Positions 34,250 to 43,825 of a stretch of 64,000 bases of DNA are shown here, piece by piece. Origin of the DNA: an uncultured Pseudomonadota bacterium (lineage in GTDB: Bacteria > Pseudomonadota > Alphaproteobacteria > Rs-D84); contig CACXXP010000002.1 in the NCBI GenBank assembly GCA_902771695.1, positions 1,958 through 65,957 of the forward strand, given 5' to 3'. Under the pieces are notes generated by a model. It saw nothing but the letters and a program-made list of their open reading frames with translations, did no database searches and was not told the DNA's origin. The translations under genes and the position numbers were made by a program. Position 1 is the first letter of the stretch; each line of letters begins with the position of its first letter.

Positions 34250-36259
34250 CTAAAAGAAATTTCCACATGTTTCTCTTGCATCCGCTTCTGACCCAAAATA
34301 TTCTGTCATACCTTTGATACAATCTGCTTTATTACTAAATCGCGATAAATCATCGGGATTGTTCGCCATATTACCATTACTCAACACATTACCAACACTA
34401 AACTTTTGGGCAATTTTGTCTATTGTGTTTACAGACTGAGCCGACCGTGCTGGCAATACATTAATAGGAACCGCACCAACAGGGATACACTTATTCTGAT
34501 ACCATGCACAATTATCATCTTTATTACACGGGTCAGAAGTTTTATATTCTGCACACTTCTCACGATATTGTGGTGCATCCGCAAGAGCCCCCCCCTTGTA
34601 CGTGCACTTACCAGAAACCCACTGACAAACTGGGTCCAAGCCACAATTTACAACCCCTTTACCTGCACAATTACCGATCTTATTCTCTATTACCACAGTT
34701 TCAACATCTTCGCCATCACGACCCATTGCCTTTTCATCGGCAAAACAGTAATCTTTACGTTTACCCAATTTCTTGGTTCGGGCGGCGGTTTCCAATTTCT
34801 TTAAACGTTGGCTGCTGGTATCGGGGACCGCACAGAAATTTGCACCACAATCTTTCAAATCATAACCATCAGCATTCTTGCTCTTACGACATGATGGGAA
34901 AGAATCTTGGTTAATTAAATTACGCAATGTTTCAATATCCAATGTTGCATTTTTCTTCATACCACGGAATAACGAAACATTCATAACCACGTCGGACGCA
35001 CATGCAACCTGGGTCGAACCAGTCATACCAGAATTCGCATCAACCCATTCGCGTTGAACTTCTTCCCCATCGTTTATTATTCCGACCAAACGGCAATGCG
35101 GTTGATTTTTTGATACTTTACCGTCACTGGTAGTTATAACGCGATAGTAACAATTCTTCTTGTCACCATAACATTCGCAACAACCTTCTGTATCACTGCA
35201 CGTTCCAGCCTTACCACTGGGACAAGTATTACACATATACTTACCCCACATGTTGCATGACCCAGATAACAACATAATAACGTCACTGACATCGATACCA
35301 ACCGTCATTGCCAATATCAATGCATCATACATATTTTCAACAACAGATTCATACGGGTCAAAGAATTCATTTGCCAGGTCTTTGAATTTCTTCACACGTT
35401 TTGGCCCCGTACAATTATTCACACCCGCATCACAACCCGCATATTCCAACACGCGATCCAATGTTTCTTTCATTTTCTTCATTTCGGTGACGGCATCTTC
35501 CACGGCGGTTTCAATTTGTCCGCCAATTTGTTCACGCACCAAAATATCAGGATTTATCCCATTTTTCGCCGCAATCTTTTCGGCAACCCCCATGTCTTCT
35601 AAACCTTCAACATCCGGTCCCAATTCAGATGTCACAATCGCGGCATTTGCGCGACTTTCTTCCAATGCACTCTGAATCTGGGCGGCCTGGGATTCATTTT
35701 GTGCCGCCATTTGCGCCTGCATATTGGCCATAGATTCTGCCATTTGTTGTTGCATTGCCGCCATTTGTGATTGCATTTGTTGCATCTGGGCGTTGCTCTG
35801 TTCGGCGGCCGCAGATGCCGCGGCGGCTTGGGCCTGGGCTTGGGCCTGGGCAATTGCAACCGCATTTTGTTGTTCTTGAACCTTGGCATTAGATTTCGCA
35901 ACCAATTGCCCCGTCAAAGAATCTATCAAGGCATCACCATGCTTTTTACATGTGGCGTTGGAATTCACGCATCCCGCAACAATCGGACGCGCAACCGATG
36001 CATCATTACACCCAGATGAACATTTGGGCGTTGCACAACGCAGAATTATGGCCTCGCAATTACCAAAATTCGCCTCGGCCACGTTGGCGGTCATTCCCCC
36101 ACGGGCGTTCATCATACTGTTCCATTTGTTATTATTCGTGGCACCCGTGCCATTATACGCGGTCAGGTTAGAACCCGCCGTTGTCGCAACATTGGCCACC
36201 GCCGGCGTTAGAAACGCGGCGCACAATACACCACACAAGACCTTTAATGGAATATACAT
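34250..36259 (-). CDS. secreted cysteine-module protein (669 aa), same family as the 20.2-31.3 kb genes
   Basis: Start set to ATG 36259 (MYIPLKVLCGVLCAAFLTPAVA). Module CEAIILRCATPKCSSGC, a Gln/Ala coiled coil (AQAQAQAQAAAA...MQQMQSQMAAMQQQMAESMANMQAQMAAQ), and C-terminal CQWVSGKC and CAWYQNKC. Confidence 0.65.
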   Translation of the reverse strand: MYIPLKVLCGVLCAAFLTPAVANVATTAGSNLTAYNGTGATNNNKWNSMMNARGGMTANVAEANFGNCEAIILRCATPKCSSGCNDASVARPIVAGCVNSNATCKKHGDALIDSLTGQLVAKSNAKVQEQQNAVAIAQAQAQAQAAAASAAAEQSNAQMQQMQSQMAAMQQQMAESMANMQAQMAAQNESQAAQIQSALEESRANAAIVTSELGPDVEGLEDMGVAEKIAAKNGINPDILVREQIGGQIETAVEDAVTEMKKMKETLDRVLEYAGCDAGVNNCTGPKRVKKFKDLANEFFDPYESVVENMYDALILAMTVGIDVSDVIMLLSGSCNMWGKYMCNTCPSGKAGTCSDTEGCCECYGDKKNCYYRVITTSDGKVSKNQPHCRLVGIINDGEEVQREWVDANSGMTGSTQVACASDVVMNVSLFRGMKKNATLDIETLRNLINQDSFPSCRKSKNADGYDLKDCGANFCAVPDTSSQRLKKLETAARTKKLGKRKDYCFADEKAMGRDGEDVETVVIENKIGNCAGKGVVNCGLDPVCQWVSGKCTYKGGALADAPQYREKCAEYKTSDPCNKDDNCAWYQNKCIPVGAVPINVLPARSAQSVNTIDKIAQKFSVGNVLSNGNMANNPDDLSRFSNKADCIKGMTEYFGSEADARETCGNFF

Positions 36260-36275
36260 CTCTCTTCTTATCAAG

Positions 36276-36292
36276 ATATTTTATCATAAAAA
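36276..36292 (-). promoter_or_regulatory. extended -10 promoter core for the 669-aa gene
   Basis: Minus strand TTTTTATGATAAAATAT, i.e. TGA-TAAAAT at 36286-36278. The same 17 nt occur at 28274-28290. Confidence 0.45.
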
Positions 36293-36320
36293 CAGACCAA
36301 ATAAAAGGTAAAAGTTTACT

Positions 36321-36351
36321 AAAAAAAGCATCCGGACAAAGCCGAATGCTT
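36321..36351 (-). terminator. intrinsic terminator after the 106-aa gene
   Basis: Stem AAGCATCCGG / CCGAATGCTT (9 of 10 bp). On the minus strand it is followed by TTTTTTT. Confidence 0.6.
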
Positions 36352-36382
36352 AAACAACATAACAAACAAGGAGAAAAAAGAA

Positions 36383-36703
36383 TTATCCGTTGCAGCGGTT
36401 GCAATTGTTATTGCGAACCACGCGGCGTTCTGAATATGTGCCTGCTGGTTCATAAACCGTTACCGGACGATATACCTGGTAATGATCAATTACTTCGGTA
36501 TGTGTTTTAACACGAACTGGTTGTGCACAAGAATTGCATGGTGCAGAAACTGTGCGAGCCGGTGCAGCATAGTTAACAGCTGCTGTGTTATAACGAACGT
36601 GATTTGTGTATGTTTCTGTTTCGGTATAAACCCCACCATCAGATGCATTTGCACTGACCGCAACCATCGCAGCAAACAAACCAGACAAAATTGTTTTTTT
36701 CAT
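36383..36703 (-). CDS. small secreted protein with two CxxC pairs (106 aa)
   Basis: Signal peptide MKKTILSGLFAAMVAVSANA. Contains CNSC and CNRC. Confidence 0.55.
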   Translation of the reverse strand: MKKTILSGLFAAMVAVSANASDGGVYTETETYTNHVRYNTAAVNYAAPARTVSAPCNSCAQPVRVKTHTEVIDHYQVYRPVTVYEPAGTYSERRVVRNNNCNRCNG

Positions 36704-36806
36704 ATTTGACCCTTTTGGTTATTCGTCAATATTATAGGACACAAAAATTCGTTGTCAAGCATTATTGACAAATTTTTTTATTAGTGGTTTACAACCCAAT
36801 TTTCGA

Positions 36807-37136
36807 CTAAAACTTTAGAACAATTCCCAACACACCGTCTTGTTTGTCTGACGGGCAGAACTGATCTATGATACGGATTGCGGTATCTGTATCAGGAAAC
36901 CCACATTTTGTAACCGGGATTATATCAAACAATTCCTTGAATGTTTTGGCACAAACCAATCCCGAAACCCTCATGACAAAACTTTCGGATTCATTTTCAT
37001 TGCAAATAAAACGAATCGCATCACCCAATTGGATTTTTTTGCGTTTTTCATCCAGCAGACGCAATTCTATGGTTTTGGTTCCACGCAAAAACATGTCAAA
37101 ATAGATTTTTTTCAGATGCATTGTATGTTCAATCAT
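36807..37136 (-). CDS. ASCH (PUA-like) domain protein
   Basis: Start at ATG 37136 with an AGGAGGA RBS. HLKKIYFDMFLRGTKTIELRLLDEKRKKIQLGDAIRF fits the ASCH N-terminal pattern. The longer ORF-track version would overlap rpsK and its terminator. Confidence 0.55.
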   Translation of the reverse strand: MIEHTMHLKKIYFDMFLRGTKTIELRLLDEKRKKIQLGDAIRFICNENESESFVMRVSGLVCAKTFKELFDIIPVTKCGFPDTDTAIRIIDQFCPSDKQDGVLGIVLKF

Positions 37137-37160
37137 AAAATCCTCCTGGGGGTGGTACGA

Positions 37161-37185
37161 AAAAACGCCCAAACGGGCGTTTTTA
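37161..37185 (-). terminator. intrinsic terminator directly after rpsK
   Basis: Stem AAAAACGCCC / GGGCGTTTTT with an AAAC loop, 7 nt after the rpsK stop. A T-run follows on the minus strand. Confidence 0.75.
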
Positions 37186-37191
37186 TTATCT

Positions 37192-37569
37192 TTAGACACG
37201 ACGCACTTTCTTTGGACGGCATCCATTGTGTGGAATACGGGTTGTATCAGTAATGCTTTGCACAATCAATCCAGCATTTGCCAAACCACGAACCGCAGAT
37301 TCACGACCTTGGCCAATACCACGCATCAAAACATCAACGGTCTTCATCCCCATTTCCGCGACCTTTTTACCAACCGCATCTGCCACAACTGTTGCAGCAT
37401 AAGGTGTAGATTTCTTGGCACCTTTGAAATTATTTGCACCCGCGGTTGCCCATGTTAACACGGCACCCGATTGGTCGGTAATTGTAATACGTGTGTTATT
37501 GTTAGTGGCAACGACATGTGCAATGCCGTGCGATACTTTTTTTACAACTTTCTTTTTATTAATTGCCAT
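37192..37569 (-). CDS. rpsK: 30S ribosomal protein S11
   Basis: GIAHVVATNNNTRITITDQSG...STPYAA... matches the S11 family. Follows rpsM. Confidence 0.96.
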   Translation of the reverse strand: MAINKKKVVKKVSHGIAHVVATNNNTRITITDQSGAVLTWATAGANNFKGAKKSTPYAATVVADAVGKKVAEMGMKTVDVLMRGIGQGRESAVRGLANAGLIVQSITDTTRIPHNGCRPKKVRRV

Positions 37570-37634
37570 TTTTATTTTTTCCTTTGATTAGATGTCTTCA
37601 ATTAACTATCGTGTTAATCTCTACCCAATTTTTA

Positions 37635-38012
37635 TTATTTACCCTTGACCGCAGAACCCGCGACGACAACACGTTTACCCTTACGTGTACGTGCATTTGT
37701 CTGCGTGCGTTGACCACGAACGGGCAAACGGTTACGATGACGAATGCCACGATACGTTTTCAAATCTTGCAAACGTTTGATATTCATTGCAACTTCACGA
37801 CGAACGTCACCTTCTACCTTAAAGTTCTGTTCAATATAGTTAGAAATTTTGATAACATCTTCGTCGGTCAAATCTTTTGTACGCAACCCGTCTTTCAATT
37901 TCAGGGCCTTGCAGATTTGGGCGGCCCGTGTTGGACCAATACCATGAATATACTGCAATGACGCTTCTATACGTTTTTCCGCGGGGATGTTTACACCTGC
38001 TATACGTGCCAT
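37635..38012 (-). CDS. rpsM: 30S ribosomal protein S13
   Basis: [26 protein letters not shown]... Confidence 0.96.
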   Translation of the reverse strand: MARIAGVNIPAEKRIEASLQYIHGIGPTRAAQICKALKLKDGLRTKDLTDEDVIKISNYIEQNFKVEGDVRREVAMNIKRLQDLKTYRGIRHRNRLPVRGQRTQTNARTRKGKRVVVAGSAVKGK

Positions 38013-38091
38013 TTTTACTTTTCCTTTTTATTTTCACTGGACACCCTGCTCTGCGGCAAAATGCCCTGTCCTATTAAACCTTTGCGGAATA

Positions 38092-38119
38092 ATTTTATAT
38101 AAATTATCGCAAAAGTCAA
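38092..38119 (-). promoter_or_regulatory. internal promoter candidate between secY and rpsM
   Basis: Minus strand TTGACT (38119-38114), 16 nt spacer, TAAAAT (38097-38092). A ~75-nt leader follows, containing GGACA...TGTCC pairing. Confidence 0.4.
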
Positions 38120-38145
38120 ACCTTGTTTCACGCCGCTAATTTTAC

Positions 38146-39465
38146 TTAACTGCGGAAACGACCTTTCTTTGCGGCGGCGCCCATAACGCCATGATATTGT
38201 TTTGCCACCAAATAGGATTGAACCTGGTTCATGGTATCTAAAACAACACCCGCAACGATTAAAACACTTGTTCCACCGATAACCAGTGGCATACCAAAAT
38301 GCGTATTCAGTATGATTGGAATCACACAAACCACAATCAAATACAGAACGCCGATTGCCGTTACCTTGGAAACCATAGAATCCAAGAAAGTGATTGTTTG
38401 TTCACCCGGACGAACCCCTGGAATATACCCACCGGCATTACGCAAGTTGTTGCTGGTTTCTTCGGAATTAAACACGACGGCTGTTTGGAAATACGCAAAG
38501 AACGCAATCAAAATTGTATATAAAATGATATATGACCACGCACCATACGTAAAGAACGCCATAATATTTTGGACAACCAAATTTTCGCTTTGTGCGAATC
38601 GCTGAATAAACGCCGGTAACATCATAATAGACGATGCAAACACCGGTCCCATAACACCCGACATATTAACCTTGATTGGTAAATATGACGCATTTGTATT
38701 CACAACACCATTCGCCATAACTTGACGCGGATACAAAATCTGAACACGACGCTGGGCCATTTCAAAGAACGCGATAAGCGCAACAATACCTACAACGAAT
38801 GCGATAATTAACGCAATCATCGCCGGTGACATCTGACCAACCGATCCCAACGATACGACCTTGGCAATGCCTTCGGGAACCTGGGCGATGATACCCGCAA
38901 AGATAAGCAGTGATGCGCCCTGACCTATGCCACGTGCAGTAATCTGTTCCGCCAACCACATAACAAATACAGTTCCACCAACCAATGCGATAATCGCAGA
39001 CAATTCAAACGAAAATCCAGGGTTCACAACCGCACGCACACCATTTACCGGTGCCATAGATTCCAATCCACGAACCACGGCCCAACCTTGAACCACGGCC
39101 AGCAACACCGCCAAATAACGTGTATATTGGTTGATTTTGATACGACCCGATTCGCCTTCTTTACGCAAATCATTCAACGATTTGCTGGTTGCCGTCAATA
39201 ACTGCAACACGATAGATGCCGATATGTACGGGAAAATGTTCAACGCCAACACCGACATACGCGACAACGAACCGCCGGTGAACATATCAAACATACCCAT
39301 CATACCACTGCCTTCGCCCTGAAACAGATGCAGAACCGCAGACGCGTTAACACCCGGCAACGGAATAAACGAACCGATACGATAGATAACCAACGCACCC
39401 AAAGTAAACAAAATACGTTTTTGCAAATCGGTTAACTTACCAAAATATTTTGAAAAGATTTTCAT
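38146..39465 (-). CDS. secY: preprotein translocase subunit SecY
   Basis: Start moved to ATG 39465 (MKIFSKYFGKLTDLQKRILFTLGALVIYRIGSFIPLPG). Multi-TM SecY pattern throughout. Confidence 0.95.
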   Translation of the reverse strand: MKIFSKYFGKLTDLQKRILFTLGALVIYRIGSFIPLPGVNASAVLHLFQGEGSGMMGMFDMFTGGSLSRMSVLALNIFPYISASIVLQLLTATSKSLNDLRKEGESGRIKINQYTRYLAVLLAVVQGWAVVRGLESMAPVNGVRAVVNPGFSFELSAIIALVGGTVFVMWLAEQITARGIGQGASLLIFAGIIAQVPEGIAKVVSLGSVGQMSPAMIALIIAFVVGIVALIAFFEMAQRRVQILYPRQVMANGVVNTNASYLPIKVNMSGVMGPVFASSIMMLPAFIQRFAQSENLVVQNIMAFFTYGAWSYIILYTILIAFFAYFQTAVVFNSEETSNNLRNAGGYIPGVRPGEQTITFLDSMVSKVTAIGVLYLIVVCVIPIILNTHFGMPLVIGGTSVLIVAGVVLDTMNQVQSYLVAKQYHGVMGAAAKKGRFRS

Positions 39466-39491
39466 GCGTTGTTCTCTCTTTTTATCCCAAA

Positions 39492-39950
39492 TTATTTGTT
39501 TTTGATACTGCCACCTGCTTTTACAATCGCAGCTTCTGCGGCCTTGGACCATTTATCTGCGACAACGTTAACAGCTGTTTTGATTTCACCTTTGGCCAAA
39601 ACCTTCAACCCCGACAAACGACGATTGATGATTTTTGCAGCCAACAAAGAATCAATTGTAATTTCTTTTGTGGCATCAATTTTACCCGATGCGATGAATT
39701 TTTCAATATCGCCCAAATTGATTGTCACATAATGTTTGGCAAATGGATTTTGGAATCCAAATTTTGGGAAACGACGCATAATTGGCATCTGACCACCTTG
39801 GAAAGTTGCCTGTTTACGTGAACCCGCACGCGCCTTTTGACCCTTGGTACCACGACCGGCGGTTTTACCATAACCAGACGCCATACCACGACCAACGCGT
39901 TTAATTCCTTTGCGTGCGCCCAAATTATCCATCAAAGCATTTAATTTCAT
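39492..39950 (-). CDS. rplO: 50S ribosomal protein L15
   Basis: Start moved to ATG 39950 (MKLNALMDNLGARKGIKRVGRGMASGYGKTAGRGTKGQ). Confidence 0.95.
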   Translation of the reverse strand: MKLNALMDNLGARKGIKRVGRGMASGYGKTAGRGTKGQKARAGSRKQATFQGGQMPIMRRFPKFGFQNPFAKHYVTINLGDIEKFIASGKIDATKEITIDSLLAAKIINRRLSGLKVLAKGEIKTAVNVVADKWSKAAEAAIVKAGGSIKNK

Positions 39951-40021
39951 TTCTTTACTCCTATGAACTCTATATAGTTCTGTTTCGCATACGGACAAGT
40001 ATCCGCATACTCGGTTTCTTG

Positions 40022-40345
40022 TTAAAATTCTCGCCCTAATACCGGATGATATGTTGTCGGATATGTGTTGAACAAAAATTTTCTTGTTTCAAAATCATCA
40101 CAATTCCCGATGAAATAACCGATATTCTGATTTGCGATATATTCTGCCCTTTCTTGTTTTTGTGATTCAGCAACACGCCGAACCATTTCATTGTTATTGC
40201 GAATAAAATCAACGTATTTATCAAACAAAGCCCGCGCTAAATTTGGATACACATTGGCTACTTCAACAAAAACCTCAAAAACCCTATGTTGCCTTACAAC
40301 CTCGGCCATATCCAAATGCGCAATATAATTTTCTTTGTTTAACAT
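40022..40345 (-). CDS. hypothetical protein (107 aa) embedded in the spc operon between rpmD and rplO
   Basis: Complete ORF MLNKENYIAHLDMAEVVRQHRVFEVF... with an AAAGGA RBS. Begins 8 nt after the rpmD stop and ends 71 nt before rplO. No promoter or terminator seen on either side. No motif recognised. Confidence 0.5.
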   Translation of the reverse strand: MLNKENYIAHLDMAEVVRQHRVFEVFVEVANVYPNLARALFDKYVDFIRNNNEMVRRVAESQKQERAEYIANQNIGYFIGNCDDFETRKFLFNTYPTTYHPVLGREF

Positions 40346-40353
40346 ACTATCCT

Positions 40354-40536
40354 TTATTCTTCCACAACACTTATTAAATGTGCGACCTTGGCAATCATAC
40401 CACGAATTGCGGCACTGTCCGCAAATTCATGTGTTTTACCGATACGACCCAAACCCAACGTCGCCAAGATTTTGCGTTGCGATTCCGGACGACCAATAAC
40501 ACTTTTGATTTGTTTTACAATTATTTTCTTTGCCAT
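40354..40536 (-). CDS. rpmD: 50S ribosomal protein L30
   Basis: MAKKIIVKQIKSVIGRPESQRKILATLGLGRIGK. Start set to ATG 40536. Confidence 0.93.
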   Translation of the reverse strand: MAKKIIVKQIKSVIGRPESQRKILATLGLGRIGKTHEFADSAAIRGMIAKVAHLISVVEE

Positions 40537-40551
40537 AACAATCACCTTTTA

Positions 40552-41112
40552 TTATTTATCTTCCGTTGCCGCTTCTTCGGTCATCTTTCTGCCGTCACGA
40601 CCAGCGACAATTTCTGCAACCGTTTTACCACGACGCGCCGCCACTGTTTTTGGCGAATTCATCTTAGAAAATGCCAAGAACACTGCGCGAATCATATTGT
40701 TTGGATTGTTTGCACCTTGGGATTTTACAACGACGTCTTGAACGCCCAAGCAATCAAACACCGCACGCAACGCACCACCTGCAATGATACCGGTCCCAGG
40801 AACCGCACTGCGCAAAACCAATTTACTTGCACCGTATTTAACAGAAACATCATGATGCAATGTGCGCCCTTCTTTCAACGGAACGCGAATCATTTTTGCC
40901 TTGGCGGCCTTGGTTGCTTTCTGAACTGCGGCTTGAACTTCCAATGCTTTACCCTTACCAAAACCAACTTTGCCGGCCTTGTCTCCAACGACAACCAATG
41001 CCGAGAAAGACATGTTTTTACCGCCCTTAACGGTTTTGGAAACGCGATTGACAGAAACAAGTTTATCTACCAAATTATCTGTCTGTAATTTTTTATCATC
41101 AAAACGTGCCAT
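40552..41112 (-). CDS. rpsE: 30S ribosomal protein S5
   Basis: [24 protein letters not shown]...[13 protein letters not shown]. Confidence 0.96.
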   Translation of the reverse strand: MARFDDKKLQTDNLVDKLVSVNRVSKTVKGGKNMSFSALVVVGDKAGKVGFGKGKALEVQAAVQKATKAAKAKMIRVPLKEGRTLHHDVSVKYGASKLVLRSAVPGTGIIAGGALRAVFDCLGVQDVVVKSQGANNPNNMIRAVFLAFSKMNSPKTVAARRGKTVAEIVAGRDGRKMTEEAATEDK

Positions 41113-41143
41113 TTATATACTCCGTATATTTACAATGTTCTTT

Positions 41144-41500
41144 TTATATTCTAACGCCACCCGCACGAATCGCTTCGCACAATGCTTTGACGCGCCCATG
41201 ATAGCGATACGCACCGCGATCAAAATAGCAATTATCCGTCAATTTCGCTTTGACCATACGTTCTGCAAATGCCTTGCCTACCAATTCAGCACCCGCGACG
41301 TTCCAACCTTTGCCCTTGAAATCTTTTTCCTTGGATGATGCGCTGCACAATGTGTGACCTTTGACATCATCTATGGCCTGGATTTCAATATGACGACCAC
41401 TGCGGAACACAGACAGACGGATTTTCCCAGGATTTCTCTTTTTCAACGCAACGCGTGTCACCAATTTGCGTCTTTCTTCTGTAGATAAATGTTTCAACAT
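41144..41500 (-). CDS. rplR: 50S ribosomal protein L18
   Basis: [17 protein letters not shown]...[23 protein letters not shown]. Confidence 0.95.
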   Translation of the reverse strand: MLKHLSTEERRKLVTRVALKKRNPGKIRLSVFRSGRHIEIQAIDDVKGHTLCSASSKEKDFKGKGWNVAGAELVGKAFAERMVKAKLTDNCYFDRGAYRYHGRVKALCEAIRAGGVRI

Positions 41501-41547
41501 TTGTTTTTCCTTTTTTACAATTCCCGTAACAGCGGAAATTTTATTGA

Positions 41548-42099
41548 TTATTTCTTTTTACCTTCTTTGTGACGAACTCTTTCGCCCTTATAGAAAATAC
41601 CTTTGGCTTTGTACGGATCCATTTTGCGAATCTTGTGGATTTTGTCTGCAAACAGACCAACCGCACATTTATCGTTACCACTGATGGTAAATTCTGTTGG
41701 TTGTTCACCCATCGTTACGGTAATACCATCTGGGATTTCCATAACAACATCATGTGAAAATCCAACAACCAAAGTAAACTTTTTACCACTGACAGATGCC
41801 TTGTAACCAACACCTTTCATGTACATTGCCTTGGAAAAACCTTTGGTCACGCCTTCAACCGCGTTGCGAATGCTGCGTGTCATGGTTCCCCACATTGCAC
41901 GTGATGCTTTGTCTTCTGCATCTTTTGGTGTAACGGCAACATGCCCGTCTTCAATTTTAACTTCTACCAAGCTGGCATTTTTTGTGTTCATTGGCACGGT
42001 CAATTCGCCCTTTGGTCCCTTGATGACCAATTTGTTGTCTGCGATAGATGCGACCACACCGTCTATTAACTTAACTGGATATTTTCCTGCACGAGACAT
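41548..42099 (-). CDS. rplF: 50S ribosomal protein L6
   Basis: Start moved to ATG 42099 (MSRAGKYPVKLIDGV...). Carries GYKASVSGKKFTLVVGFSH. Confidence 0.95.
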   Translation of the reverse strand: MSRAGKYPVKLIDGVVASIADNKLVIKGPKGELTVPMNTKNASLVEVKIEDGHVAVTPKDAEDKASRAMWGTMTRSIRNAVEGVTKGFSKAMYMKGVGYKASVSGKKFTLVVGFSHDVVMEIPDGITVTMGEQPTEFTISGNDKCAVGLFADKIHKIRKMDPYKAKGIFYKGERVRHKEGKKK

Positions 42100-42118
42100 A
42101 ATTACATCCTTATTTCTA

Positions 42119-42517
42119 TTAGATAACCTTGCACAACACTTCACCGCCGATATTCATCAGACGTGCCTTGTGATCTGTCATAACACCTTGTGGTGTGGAA
42201 ACAATCGCGATACCAAGTCCGTTTAACACACGTGGCATCTTGGCAGACCCAGAATATACGCGACGTCCTGGTTTGGACACAACGGATATTTCTTGGATTG
42301 CACCATTTCCACCAACATACTTTAATGTGACGACCAAATTAGAACGATGTTCGTCAATTTCCTGTTTTTTGAAATCTTCAATGAAACCTTCGTCCTTTAA
42401 CACAGCCAAAACTGCGGCACGCAATTTGCTGTTTGGAACGGTAACTGTTTCTTTACCTGCATTTTGCCCATTACGAATGCGGGCAACCATATCCCCAATC
42501 GGGTGTGATAATGACAT
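42119..42517 (-). CDS. rpsH: 30S ribosomal protein S8
   Basis: MSLSHPIGDMVARIRNGQNAGKETV... Confidence 0.96.
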   Translation of the reverse strand: MSLSHPIGDMVARIRNGQNAGKETVTVPNSKLRAAVLAVLKDEGFIEDFKKQEIDEHRSNLVVTLKYVGGNGAIQEISVVSKPGRRVYSGSAKMPRVLNGLGIAIVSTPQGVMTDHKARLMNIGGEVLCKVI

Positions 42518-42593
42518 CTTTTACTCCTCTTTTGATGCGGACCATTCCGCGCCAATTTTACACCGACTGCATTGTCCACAATCGGCGGTTTCT

Positions 42594-42896
42594 TTACCAA
42601 CTTGACTTGCGAACACCTGGCAATTTGCCTTCGGATGCCTGGGTTCTGACCTGTTGACGGCAAAGACCGAACATTCTGGAATACCCACGTGCACGTCCAG
42701 TGATAGAACAGCGGTTACGCAAACGTGTCGGATTAGAATTACGCGGCAACTTTGCACGTTTCAGCATTGCTTCTTTGCGTTCTTCTGGGGTTGCATTCAC
42801 AGACATTTTTTCGTCCAACGCCGCCCATTTCTTGGCGTACTTGGCAACCATCTTTTCACGTTTTTTCTGTTTATTTATCAGTGCTAACTTAGCCAT
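42594..42896 (-). CDS. rpsN: 30S ribosomal protein S14 (long form)
   Basis: [20 protein letters not shown]...[13 protein letters not shown]...LPGVRKSSW. Confidence 0.95.
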   Translation of the reverse strand: MAKLALINKQKKREKMVAKYAKKWAALDEKMSVNATPEERKEAMLKRAKLPRNSNPTRLRNRCSITGRARGYSRMFGLCRQQVRTQASEGKLPGVRKSSW

Positions 42897-42910
42897 TTTT
42901 TATCCCTTTA

Positions 42911-43456
42911 TTATTTCAATACTAACGGCAGGCCGATTTTTGTCAGCAATGCGCGTGCTTCGTCATCTGTTTTTGCGGTTGTAGCAATCACAATATCCAT
43001 ACCGCGAATTGAATCAATTTTATCAATTGATATTTCCGGGAATATCAAATGTTCTTTGATACCAAACGCATAATTTCCACGACCATCAAATTTTGATTTA
43101 GACAACCCACGGAAATCTTTGACACGTGGTAAAGCAACCGTTATCAATTTGTCCAAGAAATCATACATACGTTTACCACGCAATGTGACCTTGGTACCAA
43201 TGGCCTGGCCTTCGCGCAAACGATATGTTGCAATAGATTTCTTTGCATGCGTAACAACTGGTTTCTGGGCTGCAATCGCCGTCAAATCAGTCACAGCCGC
43301 ATCCAATTTCTTTTTATCGGCCACTGCTTCACCAACACCCATATTCAACACAATTTTGGACAGTTTTGGAACCGCCAATGCATTTTTGTACCCAAATTCT
43401 TTAACCAATTCAGGCACAATTTCTTTTTCATAAATTTCACGCAATCTGCTTTGCAT
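42911..43456 (-). CDS. rplE: 50S ribosomal protein L5
   Basis: [25 protein letters not shown]...[18 protein letters not shown]. Confidence 0.96.
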   Translation of the reverse strand: MQSRLREIYEKEIVPELVKEFGYKNALAVPKLSKIVLNMGVGEAVADKKKLDAAVTDLTAIAAQKPVVTHAKKSIATYRLREGQAIGTKVTLRGKRMYDFLDKLITVALPRVKDFRGLSKSKFDGRGNYAFGIKEHLIFPEISIDKIDSIRGMDIVIATTAKTDDEARALLTKIGLPLVLK

Positions 43457-43496
43457 TTTTTTATCCTTTTATTTCCCGTAACAGCGGGACAGTTTT

Positions 43497-43799
43497 TTAT
43501 AATTCAGCCCCAGATTTTTTGGCCACGCGAACCTTTTTACCATCCGCGACTTTGTATCCTACACGCGTTGGTTTTTTGGTTTTTGGATCAACCAATGCGA
43601 CATTAGATACGTGAATTGGTGCTTCGCGATCAACAATGTGACCTGGTTCATCACGTGTTGGTTTAACATGCCACTTGTGACGATTTACACCGGCGACAAC
43701 AACTCTGGATTCTGCTGGACGCGCCTCAAGTACTTTACCTTTGACGCCTTTGTATTTTCCTGAAATTACTACGACTTCATCGTCTTTCTTAATTTTCAT
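43497..43799 (-). CDS. rplX: 50S ribosomal protein L24
   Basis: [24 protein letters not shown]. Confidence 0.95.
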   Translation of the reverse strand: MKIKKDDEVVVISGKYKGVKGKVLEARPAESRVVVAGVNRHKWHVKPTRDEPGHIVDREAPIHVSNVALVDPKTKKPTRVGYKVADGKKVRVAKKSGAEL

Positions 43800-43825
43800 C
43801 TTACACGCCTTTATTTTCGTAATTA

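Noticed and set aside
33447-37185. The insert in the alpha operon, considered as a mobile element or genomic island.
   Set aside because: No integrase, transposase, tRNA target, inverted repeats or direct repeats were visible. It is reported as an unusual insertion only.
40378-41088. 236-aa plus-strand ORF across rpmD/rpsE. Similar long antisense ORFs occur at 53908-54540, 53337-53795, 51258-51902 and 61951-62454.
   Set aside because: Antisense to highly conserved ribosomal, EF-G and fabF genes. These are typical shadow ORFs.
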